Assembly (NCBI GenBank): GCA_958296135.2
Contig: CATQHZ020000001.1
Location: 1,824,001-1,888,000 of the forward strand
From: an uncultured Poribacteria bacterium
Lineage (GTDB): Bacteria; Poribacteria; WGA-4E; WGA-3G
Length of the DNA: 64,000 bases
Reading direction: 5' to 3'
The notes below the pieces were generated by a model. That model did not search any database and had not been told where the DNA came from. It saw nothing but the letters and a program-made list of their open reading frames with translations. Below are positions 49,149 through 57,192 of the stretch, one piece after another (the stretch's first letter is position 1; each line of letters begins with the position of its first letter). The position numbers and the translations under genes are program-made.

Positions 49149-51672
49149 CGTTCCCATACGCCGCCTCTAACGTCTCAATCAACTGCTGCTTGTAAGTCGT
49201 GTCGCTGTTGCCTTCAAGCTGCTGTCCTTTGGTTTCAAAAATTAGTAACCGCTGCGGCTGATTTTTTCGTCCCTGCAGACAGGCGATAAAATCGGGATAC
49301 ACCCGGTCGCGCCGCCAACCCTGCAGGAAATATCCTCGCTTCGCGGCGATACGATGCCACCACTGAATCGCCTCTCTTTCATCAAGATAAAGCGCGAAAT
49401 CTTTCTCTAAATTGTTGAATTCCGCTTCATATACCTGCTCAAATAGGTTCAGCTGCAACGCATCGCCATGCTGACGCACAAGCGTCCTTGACTCACCAGA
49501 TAGGCTAACCTCCAGCGTCCTCTCCAATTCGTAGTTCAGCGCGACATCCGTCTCAAGTCGAAACTGAATTTTGTTAGCCGCCAATTTCTCACGGAAGATG
49601 GATTCAGACAGCTTCTCAATACGTTCGCGCAGGCGGAGTTTCAACACCTCCGAGAGATAAAGCCGATTCTGAAACAGCACTTCTTCGGTTGTGCCTTGCT
49701 CGCGATAGCAGTTGAGTGTCGCTTTGACGATGCGCGCCGATTGCCACGGGTTCGGCACGACATCGGCTAAACGCCGGACGAAAAAGGCGAGCTCCAAGCC
49801 TTCGGCCGCGCCTGCTTGCCGCGCTTTTTCAATCACTGCCTCGTCTTGCAGATGGATAGTAGCGCGAATCTCCTGAAAGAGTTCCTGAGATTCCAAATCC
49901 ACCGGCTCCACGGCACCGAGTTGGTGCCATGCAATCGCGCTTAAAATGTCGCGTTCATAATCAAGGGCTCTCCAATTGCGTCCCTCCTTATGCAACACGC
50001 GCGGCAGGAAGATGTCCACCTCACGGTATTCTTGTCTGCGCTGAATCGTTTTTTGGACGCGCACCGTCGCCGGACTCTCAACGTAATCGGCAAGTCCGGT
50101 TAAGCCTTCTGCCTCTAAACCCTTCTTGACGTTGCTGACTGCATCGCCGACTTTCTGATTGAAGCAGTAGATATAGCAACTATCCAGTTTCGCGACGTTC
50201 GTGGCGCGGGCGTGCGGTTGCCGCATCACCCTCCCCATGAGCTGCGTCATCGCCGTTTTTGCTGTCGTGTTATCCAAAAGTGCCAACAGGTAAGCAAATG
50301 GACAATCCCATCCCTCCTTCAGCGCATCCTTCGTGATAATGTAGCGCACAGGACAAAACGGACTGAGCAGCTCGAGCCCGGCGAGTTCGTCTTGCGCCGA
50401 CGATTTCACCTTAATCTGCTCTGCCGGAACACCAAGCGCATTGATGAGTTCCTCACGTGCATCTTCCGCATGCACCCGAATACCGTCGCGCTGGGTTTTG
50501 CCCGTCCTATCTACCCGAATCACCGCGATGGGACGGATATAACGGGCATCGGTTGTCTGAAACTGCTTTGCCGCTTCCTCAAGTGCATCGCGCTCCGCCT
50601 TCGCCTGCGTGAGTGTATACTTCCAATCCGAATCTGGGAAATTCCGCAGGTGGATGGGGAGTTTAATCATCTCCTCTTCCTTAAGCGCAACCCCAGAAAC
50701 GTTGACGAGGATGTTGCTAATACCGAGCTGCGGCGTGGCAGAAAGTTCCAGCACAAAGCGCGGGTTGAGGCGATTCACGGCCTTCACAAATTCTTGGTTT
50801 TCCTCCGCCTTTTTTCTTCCATAAGCCTTATGCGCCTCGTCTAAGATTACCGTCGGACGCAGCAATTTTAACACATTGAAGAGGCTCTGCTTAATCTGCC
50901 GGTCAGCAGGATTGGCGGCGAGTATCCCACGAAGCTGAACCGAGCTCCCAGAAGAATCGGGACCGGAAGCCCCGTCTACTGTCTCCAGGTCTGGGTGTTC
51001 TTCTGATAATGCCAGATGCTCCCGAACATCGTCTTCGATCGGAAAGAACGACGCGTAGCCGTTGCTATCGCGGAACATTTTGAGGAATTCCTTATTCCGA
51101 TTTCGGTTTGTGGCAGGGAGCATGAGAAGCATGACACAGAGGAAGTCCTCAACATGCTGCTTCGTAAACTTGTCGTCTTTTTGGAGCAACTTGACGCGCC
51201 CACCCGATGCCCTATCTAGGCTCTGCCGATACGGATGCTCGCGGTTCCGGAAGGCATCCCATGTCTGTGCATAGATGGCTTTCGTCGGCACAAGCCATAG
51301 TAGAAATCCGCTGCCGAGTTTGAGGCGACGCACGGCTTCCACGCCGAGCAGCGTCTTTCCGCCACCTGTCGGCACTTTAAGGCAGACATGCGGAATCGGT
51401 GCACCGACGGCGGTTTCGCGCGGAACGTATTCGGGCACCTGGTCGGCGATACCCGGCAACATCCCTCTTTCCCGGAGGCTTTCCCACGCTTTGCGCGGAT
51501 AATCTTCGGCATCCGCCGCTAAGGCCGCTGCCTGCTCTTGCAAAACAGTCGGAAGCCCAGGGGCTGCTAAGGCTGCCGCGAGTTCCTCAGCCTTTTGACG
51601 CGCCTCCTTCAGTGCAGCTAAATAACGTTCCAGTGTGTCTAACGCTTGTTGTTGGTAGTCTTTGAGTTCCAT
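49018..51672 (-). CDS. res: Type III restriction endonuclease subunit (Res; DEAH helicase + PD-(D/E)xK nuclease)
   Basis: MELKDYQ, KVPTGGGKT, ILDEAH, ELSATP, ALKEGWDCP, QLMGRVMR, YPDFI...IFETKG. Confidence 0.92.
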   Translation of the reverse strand: MELKDYQQQALDTLERYLAALKEARQKAEELAAALAAPGLPTVLQEQAAALAADAEDYPRKAWESLRERGMLPGIADQVPEYVPRETAVGAPIPHVCLKVPTGGGKTLLGVEAVRRLKLGSGFLLWLVPTKAIYAQTWDAFRNREHPYRQSLDRASGGRVKLLQKDDKFTKQHVEDFLCVMLLMLPATNRNRNKEFLKMFRDSNGYASFFPIEDDVREHLALSEEHPDLETVDGASGPDSSGSSVQLRGILAANPADRQIKQSLFNVLKLLRPTVILDEAHKAYGRKKAEENQEFVKAVNRLNPRFVLELSATPQLGISNILVNVSGVALKEEEMIKLPIHLRNFPDSDWKYTLTQAKAERDALEEAAKQFQTTDARYIRPIAVIRVDRTGKTQRDGIRVHAEDAREELINALGVPAEQIKVKSSAQDELAGLELLSPFCPVRYIITKDALKEGWDCPFAYLLALLDNTTAKTAMTQLMGRVMRQPHARATNVAKLDSCYIYCFNQKVGDAVSNVKKGLEAEGLTGLADYVESPATVRVQKTIQRRQEYREVDIFLPRVLHKEGRNWRALDYERDILSAIAWHQLGAVEPVDLESQELFQEIRATIHLQDEAVIEKARQAGAAEGLELAFFVRRLADVVPNPWQSARIVKATLNCYREQGTTEEVLFQNRLYLSEVLKLRLRERIEKLSESIFREKLAANKIQFRLETDVALNYELERTLEVSLSGESRTLVRQHGDALQLNLFEQVYEAEFNNLEKDFALYLDEREAIQWWHRIAAKRGYFLQGWRRDRVYPDFIACLQGRKNQPQRLLIFETKGQQLEGNSDTTYKQQLIETLEAAYGNASSYGMMNAAGPNDAAMSFRMLFENSWQVAVNEAIGEGYAGGK

Positions 51673-51694
51673 TCTCTCTTATTCCTGCGCAATT

Positions 51695-51720
51695 GCGGGC
51701 GGATACAGAAATCCGCCTAC
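51695..51720. repeat. REP-like family B copy between mod and res
   Basis: GCGGGCGGATACAGAAATCCGCCTAC; related copies at 1294-1320, 14486-14512, 47423-47446 and a variant at 42601-42626. Confidence 0.75.
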
Positions 51721-51736
51721 AAAGGTGGCTCGGGCA

Positions 51737-53493
51737 TTATCCATCTGTAACGGGATGCATGTTGTAGGGCAGTTGACAAAACGTAATGCCCATCGGAGTC
51801 AGGTCCTTCTGACTCATGAACTTATGCGCGCCCCAGACATACGCCTTCTTTCCCGCCGCTTTGCACTGCGCAGCGATTTGTGCCGCACGCGCACCATCTA
51901 ACGCAGCGGCGTTGCTCTCTAAAAAGGCGAGAGTCGGTTCATAGATGAGGTAGAAACGGAGGGTTTCGGTTTCCCCGAAAAAGAAGTCTTCTCGGCGCGC
52001 GACAGCGTCAAGCGAACTCCCTGTTGCGACATAGGCGATGTAGTTCGCCAAGGTCACGTAAGAAGGTAAGGTTTCGCCGGAGAGCATGCCTGCCTCATCG
52101 ATAGGTTCGCCGAGCTCGCAGTAGGTAAAAGAACCGCCGAATCCCTGCCGAAGCGTCGCGTCTCTAGCAGAAGCCACGCCGTTGATGACGCGTCGGACGC
52201 GTTCTGCAGTGATGTCATCGGCGTAGTCTTCACACTCAATGAGGATGAACTTACGATTGCCGCCGTCTTCTTTGTTGAGCGCGAGGACAGCATGCGCCGT
52301 GGTGCCACTGCCGGCGAAGGAATCAAGGATGATGTCGCCCGGGCCGGTTACCGCCTCAAAGAGCGGCTTTAACACCTCTTCATCTTTGGGGAACGGGAAA
52401 GGTTTGCCGAGTAGCGAACGTAATCGCTTTGTAGCGGCGCGGCCATCTTTATAGAAAACGCTGTAAGGTGTCTCGTATTCAGATTCTTTCAGGTAAACTT
52501 TAACGGTGAGAACAAACGTTTCATCTGCTCCAAACCGAATCCGATTATCCGCGATGAGGGCGTTCATTCGCTGTTCTGTATAAACCCAACCGCGCGAAGG
52601 AACAACGCAGTCCTCGCCTGTTATCGGATGGAGGACAGGATACCGTGCTCCGTTGCCGCCCGGTGCAGAGGCATCAGAGGCATGATAGAGTCCACGACTA
52701 TCCACATAACAGTAATGTCTGTGCCGCTTAGCTGAATGGCCATCGGGGAGCCCTTTAAACCATGCAGCCAATTCTCCTTCGATTTTCGGAAAGTCTTGCC
52801 CGTGTTTCCGCGCAAGTTCCGTGTGTTTTTTATAGATGTCTTCAAGGCCTTGCTTCCGAACGCGCCACGTAGTTCCCGATTGATTCAGGAATTCGTGGTT
52901 GTTGAGGTAGCACAAGATGTAATTGTGCGAATTGGAGAAAAGCCTTGCGTTGTTTTTCCGCCCGGCCGCCCAGACAAATTGCCCGACGAAGTTTCCATCG
53001 GGGAAAATCCGTCGCGCATCGAAAATCTCATCCATGATAGCACGGAGGAGATGCACCTCGTTATCGTCAATAGAGATGAAAATCACACCATCTTCGGAGA
53101 GCAACTCACGTAAGAGGTGCAAGCGCGGCCACATCATGCACAACCACTTATCGTGACGCTCTAAGTCTTCAACGTCAATCGGGCTGTTTGTCGTCAACCA
53201 CCGCTGCATTATCGGGCTAGTGACGTTATCGTTGTAAACCCAGCCTTCGTTGCCGGTGTTATAGGGCGGATCGATGTAGATGCACTTAATTTTCCCCGCA
53301 TATTTCGGGAGGAGTGCCTTGAGCGCGTGCAGATTATCGCCGTGAATGATGAGGTTCTCATCCAACGAGGGCTGGTTTACCCCCCCCCTTCAAATTTTAA
53401 GGATTTGGCTGCATCTACTTCCAGCGTGCGAAACGGCACGGTAAGGTGATGGGAATAGATAAATTGTTTGCCTCTGAAATCGAGTGTAGGCAT
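51737..53493 (-). CDS. mod: Type III Mod DNA methyltransferase; the 5' part is out of frame at a G9 tract (53380-53388)
   Basis: ATG 53493 gives MPTLDFRGKQFIYSHHLTVPFRTLEVDAAKSLKFEGGG-stop. The -1 frame continues VNQPSLDENLIIHGDNLHAL...YIDPPYNTG...DSFAGSGTT. Confidence 0.9.
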
Positions 53494-53540
53494 CCGGTTT
53501 TCCTAGTTTCGTCCTCGCTGTTATCCGCAACAGCGAGGAC
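53310..53540 (-). repeat. Direct repeat copy A (hairpin + RBS + mod 5' end)
   Basis: Near-identical to 54169-54408; differs by two substitutions and a 9-bp indel. Confidence 0.95.
53511..53540. other. Perfect 12-bp-stem hairpin upstream of mod (second copy at 54379-54408)
   Basis: GTCCTCGCTGTT-ATCCGC-AACAGCGAGGAC; no adjacent U-tract on either strand. Confidence 0.8.
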
Positions 53541-53550
53541 AAGTTGGATC

Positions 53551-53763
53551 TCATACGGCGATGTCAACTACCTCAAACGCGTCTTCACCGCTGTGTTTTG
53601 CTTGCTGCGCGTCATACTCCAAAATGTCGAGAAGCGCGGATTGCAGGCTTTCCAGCAGTTCTTCCCGTGTCCGTTCTTGGCAATTCACGCCAGAAATTTC
53701 ACGGATCCATCCAATCCACCATTCGCCGGTGTATTGGATTTGCGCGGTATAGATTTGTGACAT
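53551..53763 (-). CDS. hicB: HicB-family antitoxin (short, no DNA-binding domain)
   Basis: YTAQIQYTGEWWIGWIREISGVNCQERTREELLESL; paralog of 54598-54810. Confidence 0.88.
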   Translation of the reverse strand: MSQIYTAQIQYTGEWWIGWIREISGVNCQERTREELLESLQSALLDILEYDAQQAKHSGEDAFEVVDIAV

Positions 53764-53793
53764 TTTCAGTCTCCCTCTCTGGTTTATGAATTC

Positions 53794-53829
53794 ATTATCG
53801 CGTACATGTGCGGTTTTGTCAAATTAAAA
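53794..53829 (-). promoter_or_regulatory. sigma70-type promoter upstream of hicB (homologous to 54901-54937)
   Basis: TTGACA-17-GATAAT; shares TTTTAATTTGACAAAA and GCGATAAT with the second copy. Confidence 0.65.
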
Positions 53830-53956
53830 TGATACGGACAGACTCGCATTGCAACGAGTGTGGATATATTTCATTCGTCTGCCCCTTAAGACTGATTAAT
53901 GCCAAACCAAACGTCTTGGCATACCTAGTTATCAGAAACGGCGAAGTCCGAACAGA

Positions 53957-54142
53957 TTATGGACGAGGAACCTCTAAATCTTTACAGATTTTTTTGGCAA
54001 GTCCATTATCAATCTCAGTATGCCTCGGGACCACGGTGCGAGTATTCAGGTCTGCATTAGCCCACACTGAGTGCCTACGTCCTTCCCGGACCTGATGGCA
54101 TCCCTGCTGTCTAAGGTGTTTGATCAATCGTTTCAATTTCAT
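53957..54142 (-). CDS. hicA: HicA-family mRNA interferase toxin
   Basis: LIKHLRQQGC..VREGRRHS...VPRHTEI..GLAKKICKDL; strong RBS AAGGAGG. Confidence 0.9.
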   Translation of the reverse strand: MKLKRLIKHLRQQGCHQVREGRRHSVWANADLNTRTVVPRHTEIDNGLAKKICKDLEVPRP

Positions 54143-54168
54143 TGAAACTTAACCTCCTTGTCCTCGTT

Positions 54169-54408
54169 AGGAGTGCCTTGAGCGCATGCAGGTTATCGCC
54201 GTGAATGATGAGGTTCTCATCCAACGAGGGCTGGTTTACCCCCCCCCTTCAAAATTTACATTTTTTAAGGATTTGGCTGCATCTACTTCCAGCGTGCGAA
54301 ACGGCACGGTAAGGTGATGGGAATAGATAAATTGTTTGCCTCTGAAATCGAGTGTAGGCATCCGGTTTTCCTAGTTTCGTCCTCGCTGTTATCCGCAACA
54401 GCGAGGAC
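54169..54408 (-). pseudogene. Direct repeat copy B: truncated 5' end of mod with its hairpin and RBS
   Basis: ATG 54361 gives MPTLDFRG...KSLKNVNFEGGG-stop with the same G9 tract. Homology to mod ends abruptly after ...HALKALL at 54169. Confidence 0.9.
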
Positions 54409-54415
54409 GGTAGGG

Positions 54416-54601
54416 TTATGGACGTGGAATCTTCAAATCTTTACAGATTCTCTTGACAAGCCCCTCAGGAATCTCATTATGCCGAGGGACCGAGGTCTTG
54501 GTATTGAGACTTGAATTACCCCATCGCGAGTGCCGGCCGCCTTCCCGAATAAAATGGCAGCCGTGTTTTCTGAGGTGCTGAATCAATGCCCTTCGTCTCA
54601 T
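54416..54601 (-). CDS. hicA: HicA-family toxin
   Basis: LIQHLRKHGC.FIREGGRHS...VPRHNEI.EGLVKRICKDL; start overlaps the hicB stop (ATGA). Confidence 0.9.
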   Translation of the reverse strand: MRRRALIQHLRKHGCHFIREGGRHSRWGNSSLNTKTSVPRHNEIPEGLVKRICKDLKIPRP

Positions 54602-54810
54602 AGTTGGATAGTGATTTCCTGATACCCAGCTTCCGCGTCCCGGATAGCTTCTTCCCGATTGAATTCTATCGTTTCGCGAAGCGTGATTTCCAGGGTATTC
54701 AGCAATTCGTCACGGGTGCGTTCCTGGCAATTGACCCCGGGAATCTCTTGTATCCAACCGAGCCACCATCCGTCACTCTGTTGGATAACGGCTGTGTAAG
54801 TTTGGGACAT
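54598..54810 (-). CDS. hicB: HicB-family antitoxin (short)
   Basis: MSQTYTAVIQQSDGWWLGWIQEIPGVNCQERTRDELL; RBS AAGGAG upstream of ATG 54810. Confidence 0.9.
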   Translation of the reverse strand: MSQTYTAVIQQSDGWWLGWIQEIPGVNCQERTRDELLNTLEITLRETIEFNREEAIRDAEAGYQEITIQL

Positions 54811-54900
54811 CTCTTGCTCCTTTTCGACATGCATGCGAGTTTGCAGATTCGCCCAATATCCTATTTACCGGTGTATTGGGTTTAAGGCGCGAGTAATGAT

Positions 54901-54937
54901 ATTATCGCATTAATTGCGCAATTTTGTCAAATTAAAA
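54901..54937 (-). promoter_or_regulatory. sigma70-type promoter for hicB-hicA, abutting the bioF stop codon
   Basis: TTGACA-18-GATAAT. Confidence 0.6.
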
Positions 54938-56101
54938 CGCGCTAAGCGCAAACCCTTCAATCGCCTGTTGGATATCCTCATCTTCATGCGATGCCATCAC
55001 CGTAACGCGCAAGCGGCTCGTCCCCGATGGAACAGCCGGCGGCCGAATCGCCGGGGCAAATACACCCGCCGAAAGCAATATCTCTGCAACCTGCACCGCG
55101 CGCTGTGGAGCGCCAAGCACCACAGGCAAGATTTGCGTTTCACTCGGTAGGAGCTCAAACCCTAATTCCACTAATGCGGTTTTGAGGCGTTTCGCGTGGA
55201 AAAGCAGACGGTACCGCAACTCTGGCGAGGAACGCATCACATCTAACGCAGCCGTTGCCGCGGCTAACGTCGCCGGTGGGAGCCCTGTCGAGAAGATGAA
55301 GCCGCGCGCACGGTTGATGAGCAACTCAATTAAGGCGCGGCTACCCGCGATATACCCACCGAGCCCGCCGATTGCCTTACTGAGCGTGCCCATCTGGATA
55401 AGGTTTCCTTCGCCTTGCAACCCGAAATGTTCGACGGTGCCGCCGCCCTGTTCGCCTAAAACGCCAAATCCGTGAGCGTCATCTACCAATACCATTGCAT
55501 CATGTTGCGCGGCGACTTCGCAAATATCGGGTAGCGGCGCGATATCGCCGTCCATGCTGAAAACCCCATCTGTGATAATGAGCCGTCGCTGAAAGCCCGC
55601 GGATTCCGCCAACAACGTCTTGAGATGCGCGACATCGCGATGCCGATAGACTCGCTTCGTGGCACGGCTGAGCCGGCATCCATCTATGATACTGGCGTGG
55701 TTGAGTGCGTCGCTTAAGATGAGAGCGCGTTCGTCGGCAAGCACTGGGATGGCACCGGTATTGGCGGCGTAACCTGAACTAAAGACAAGTGCCGCCTCCG
55801 TGCCTTTCGCCGCTGCGAGGGCGGCTTCCAGCGTCGCGTAAAGTTCGCTGTTCCCAGAAATGAGGCGAGAGCCGCTCGCGCCCGTGCCGAACGCGCGTAT
55901 CGCCTCCACCGCAGCCTCAATCACTTTCGGGTGCGTGCTCAAACCGAGGTAGTTGTTGGAAGCGAGGTTGATGACTTCGCGCCCATCAAGGATAATTCTG
56001 CCAGTCGGCGCGCTCATCACGGTGCGAAGATGGCGCAGCAAACCTGCTTGTTTGAGTTCGGCGTATTCTGTTTCTAACCATTCGTCAGATAGATATGACA
56101 C
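54932..56101 (-). CDS. bioF: 8-amino-7-oxononanoate synthase
   Basis: SNNYLGL, GASGSRLISG, SDALNHASIIDG, DGVFSMDGD, VDDAHG, GTLSKA, IRPPAVP. Confidence 0.93.
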   Translation of the reverse strand: MSYLSDEWLETEYAELKQAGLLRHLRTVMSAPTGRIILDGREVINLASNNYLGLSTHPKVIEAAVEAIRAFGTGASGSRLISGNSELYATLEAALAAAKGTEAALVFSSGYAANTGAIPVLADERALILSDALNHASIIDGCRLSRATKRVYRHRDVAHLKTLLAESAGFQRRLIITDGVFSMDGDIAPLPDICEVAAQHDAMVLVDDAHGFGVLGEQGGGTVEHFGLQGEGNLIQMGTLSKAIGGLGGYIAGSRALIELLINRARGFIFSTGLPPATLAAATAALDVMRSSPELRYRLLFHAKRLKTALVELGFELLPSETQILPVVLGAPQRAVQVAEILLSAGVFAPAIRPPAVPSGTSRLRVTVMASHEDEDIQQAIEGFALSAF

Positions 56102-56134
56102 GGTAGCTTTTCTCCAAGATTCATTAATTCTCCA

Positions 56135-56167
56135 CCGGTAGGCGCGGTTTCAAACCGCGCCTACCGG
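56135..56167. repeat. REP-like family D, perfect palindrome
   Basis: CCGGTAGGCGCGGTTT-C-AAACCGCGCCTACCGG; related intergenic copies at ~23309, 27232-27281, 28606-28636, 32426-32470 and 44336-44400. Confidence 0.8.
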
Positions 56168-56269
56168 GGTTGTGCTGCGTCCATCCTATTTATTTTTCTT
56201 TCAAAACTGATAAAAATATGATATAATTTTTTTCTAGCAATAAACAAGGAAAATTGGGAGAACGAAACG

Positions 56270-57109
56270 ATGACACCTGAACAACGCTATCTGTTTGACG
56301 TTACAGGCTACTTGCACATCGAAAACGCTGTTACTGGCACAGCGTTGAAGGAGACGCAGACGGCTGTTGACAGATATATCCATACACCGATTGACAAGAG
56401 ACCGGAGGGGTTCACCACGCGTCCGCGCGATTTGGAACCTGGCAAAGGCGGTAGATACGAACACGGCTTCGCCTTCGACCGGGCGTTGGAGGCAATGACG
56501 GTGCATCCCGCCATCTGGCCGCTCGTCAAAGAGTTCACTTTTGACAAACCGAGATTTGTCACCGGCACGCTCACGCTGGAACAGCACAACCCTGATAGAC
56601 AGCCGATGGGGACGAATCCGGCAGGGCTGCACTGCGCACGCGAAGGACGACACTGGACGACTCGGTATGAGATTAAAGATGGGCGCGTTTACTGCAACGA
56701 TTTCGTCGCCTTCTTTTACCTTACCGATGTCCACCCGGGCGATGGCGGCCTCATCGTAATTCCCGGTTCGCATAAAAGCCAGTTTGAACGGCCGGAGGAA
56801 CTTCTCACGCCTGGGCCCGATGGCATCGATCCGGAAGCCGATGATGTTTTCACCAACATCACGCCGAAGGCGGGGGATTTTGTCGTCATCTCCGAGCTCT
56901 TGACACACGGTGTCTTGCAGTGGAGACCGGAAGACAGGGACAGACGCTTCCTCATCTTGCGGTATCGGCCGCAATATGATGGCAAACCGAGTCTGCCCGA
57001 GGCGATCATTGAGCGGTTATCACCGGAGGTTCAGGAATTGGTGCAGACCGCGTCCTATCAACACACGAAGGAGATTGTGAAACAAGATGTCGTGAAGTTG
57101 ACAGGCTAA
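56270..57109 (+). CDS. PhyH-family 2OG-Fe(II) dioxygenase
   Basis: MTPEQRYLFDVTGYL, YLTDVHPGDGGLIVIPGSHK, AGDFVVISELLTHG. Confidence 0.88.
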   Translation: MTPEQRYLFDVTGYLHIENAVTGTALKETQTAVDRYIHTPIDKRPEGFTTRPRDLEPGKGGRYEHGFAFDRALEAMTVHPAIWPLVKEFTFDKPRFVTGTLTLEQHNPDRQPMGTNPAGLHCAREGRHWTTRYEIKDGRVYCNDFVAFFYLTDVHPGDGGLIVIPGSHKSQFERPEELLTPGPDGIDPEADDVFTNITPKAGDFVVISELLTHGVLQWRPEDRDRRFLILRYRPQYDGKPSLPEAIIERLSPEVQELVQTASYQHTKEIVKQDVVKLTG

Positions 57110-57128
57110 TACCGTTCTGACAGTTTCC

Positions 57129-57166
57129 GTAGCGCGAGGGAAAACCTGTCCCTCGCGAACGCTACG
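57129..57166. repeat. REP-like family C copy
   Basis: GTAGCGCGAGGGAAAACCTGTCCCTCGCG; other intergenic copies at 9962-9985, 20254-20277, 43218-43241 and 63098-63121. Confidence 0.8.
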
Positions 57167-57192
57167 CATTTGAGCGAAATGGAGGCAATCCG

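Noticed and set aside
53511-53540. Intrinsic terminator
   Set aside because: Strong stem but no U-tract directly after it on either strand.
53500-53560. Hammerhead-like GTCC...GGACGAAAC on the minus strand at the mod hairpin
   Set aside because: CUGAnGA is absent 5' of the stem in both copies.
54906-54918. HicB operator palindrome CGCATTAATTGCG in the promoter spacer
   Set aside because: A similar ATCGCATTAAT occurs in the unrelated promoter region at ~29796, and these HicB proteins lack a DNA-binding domain. It is probably just extended -10 context.
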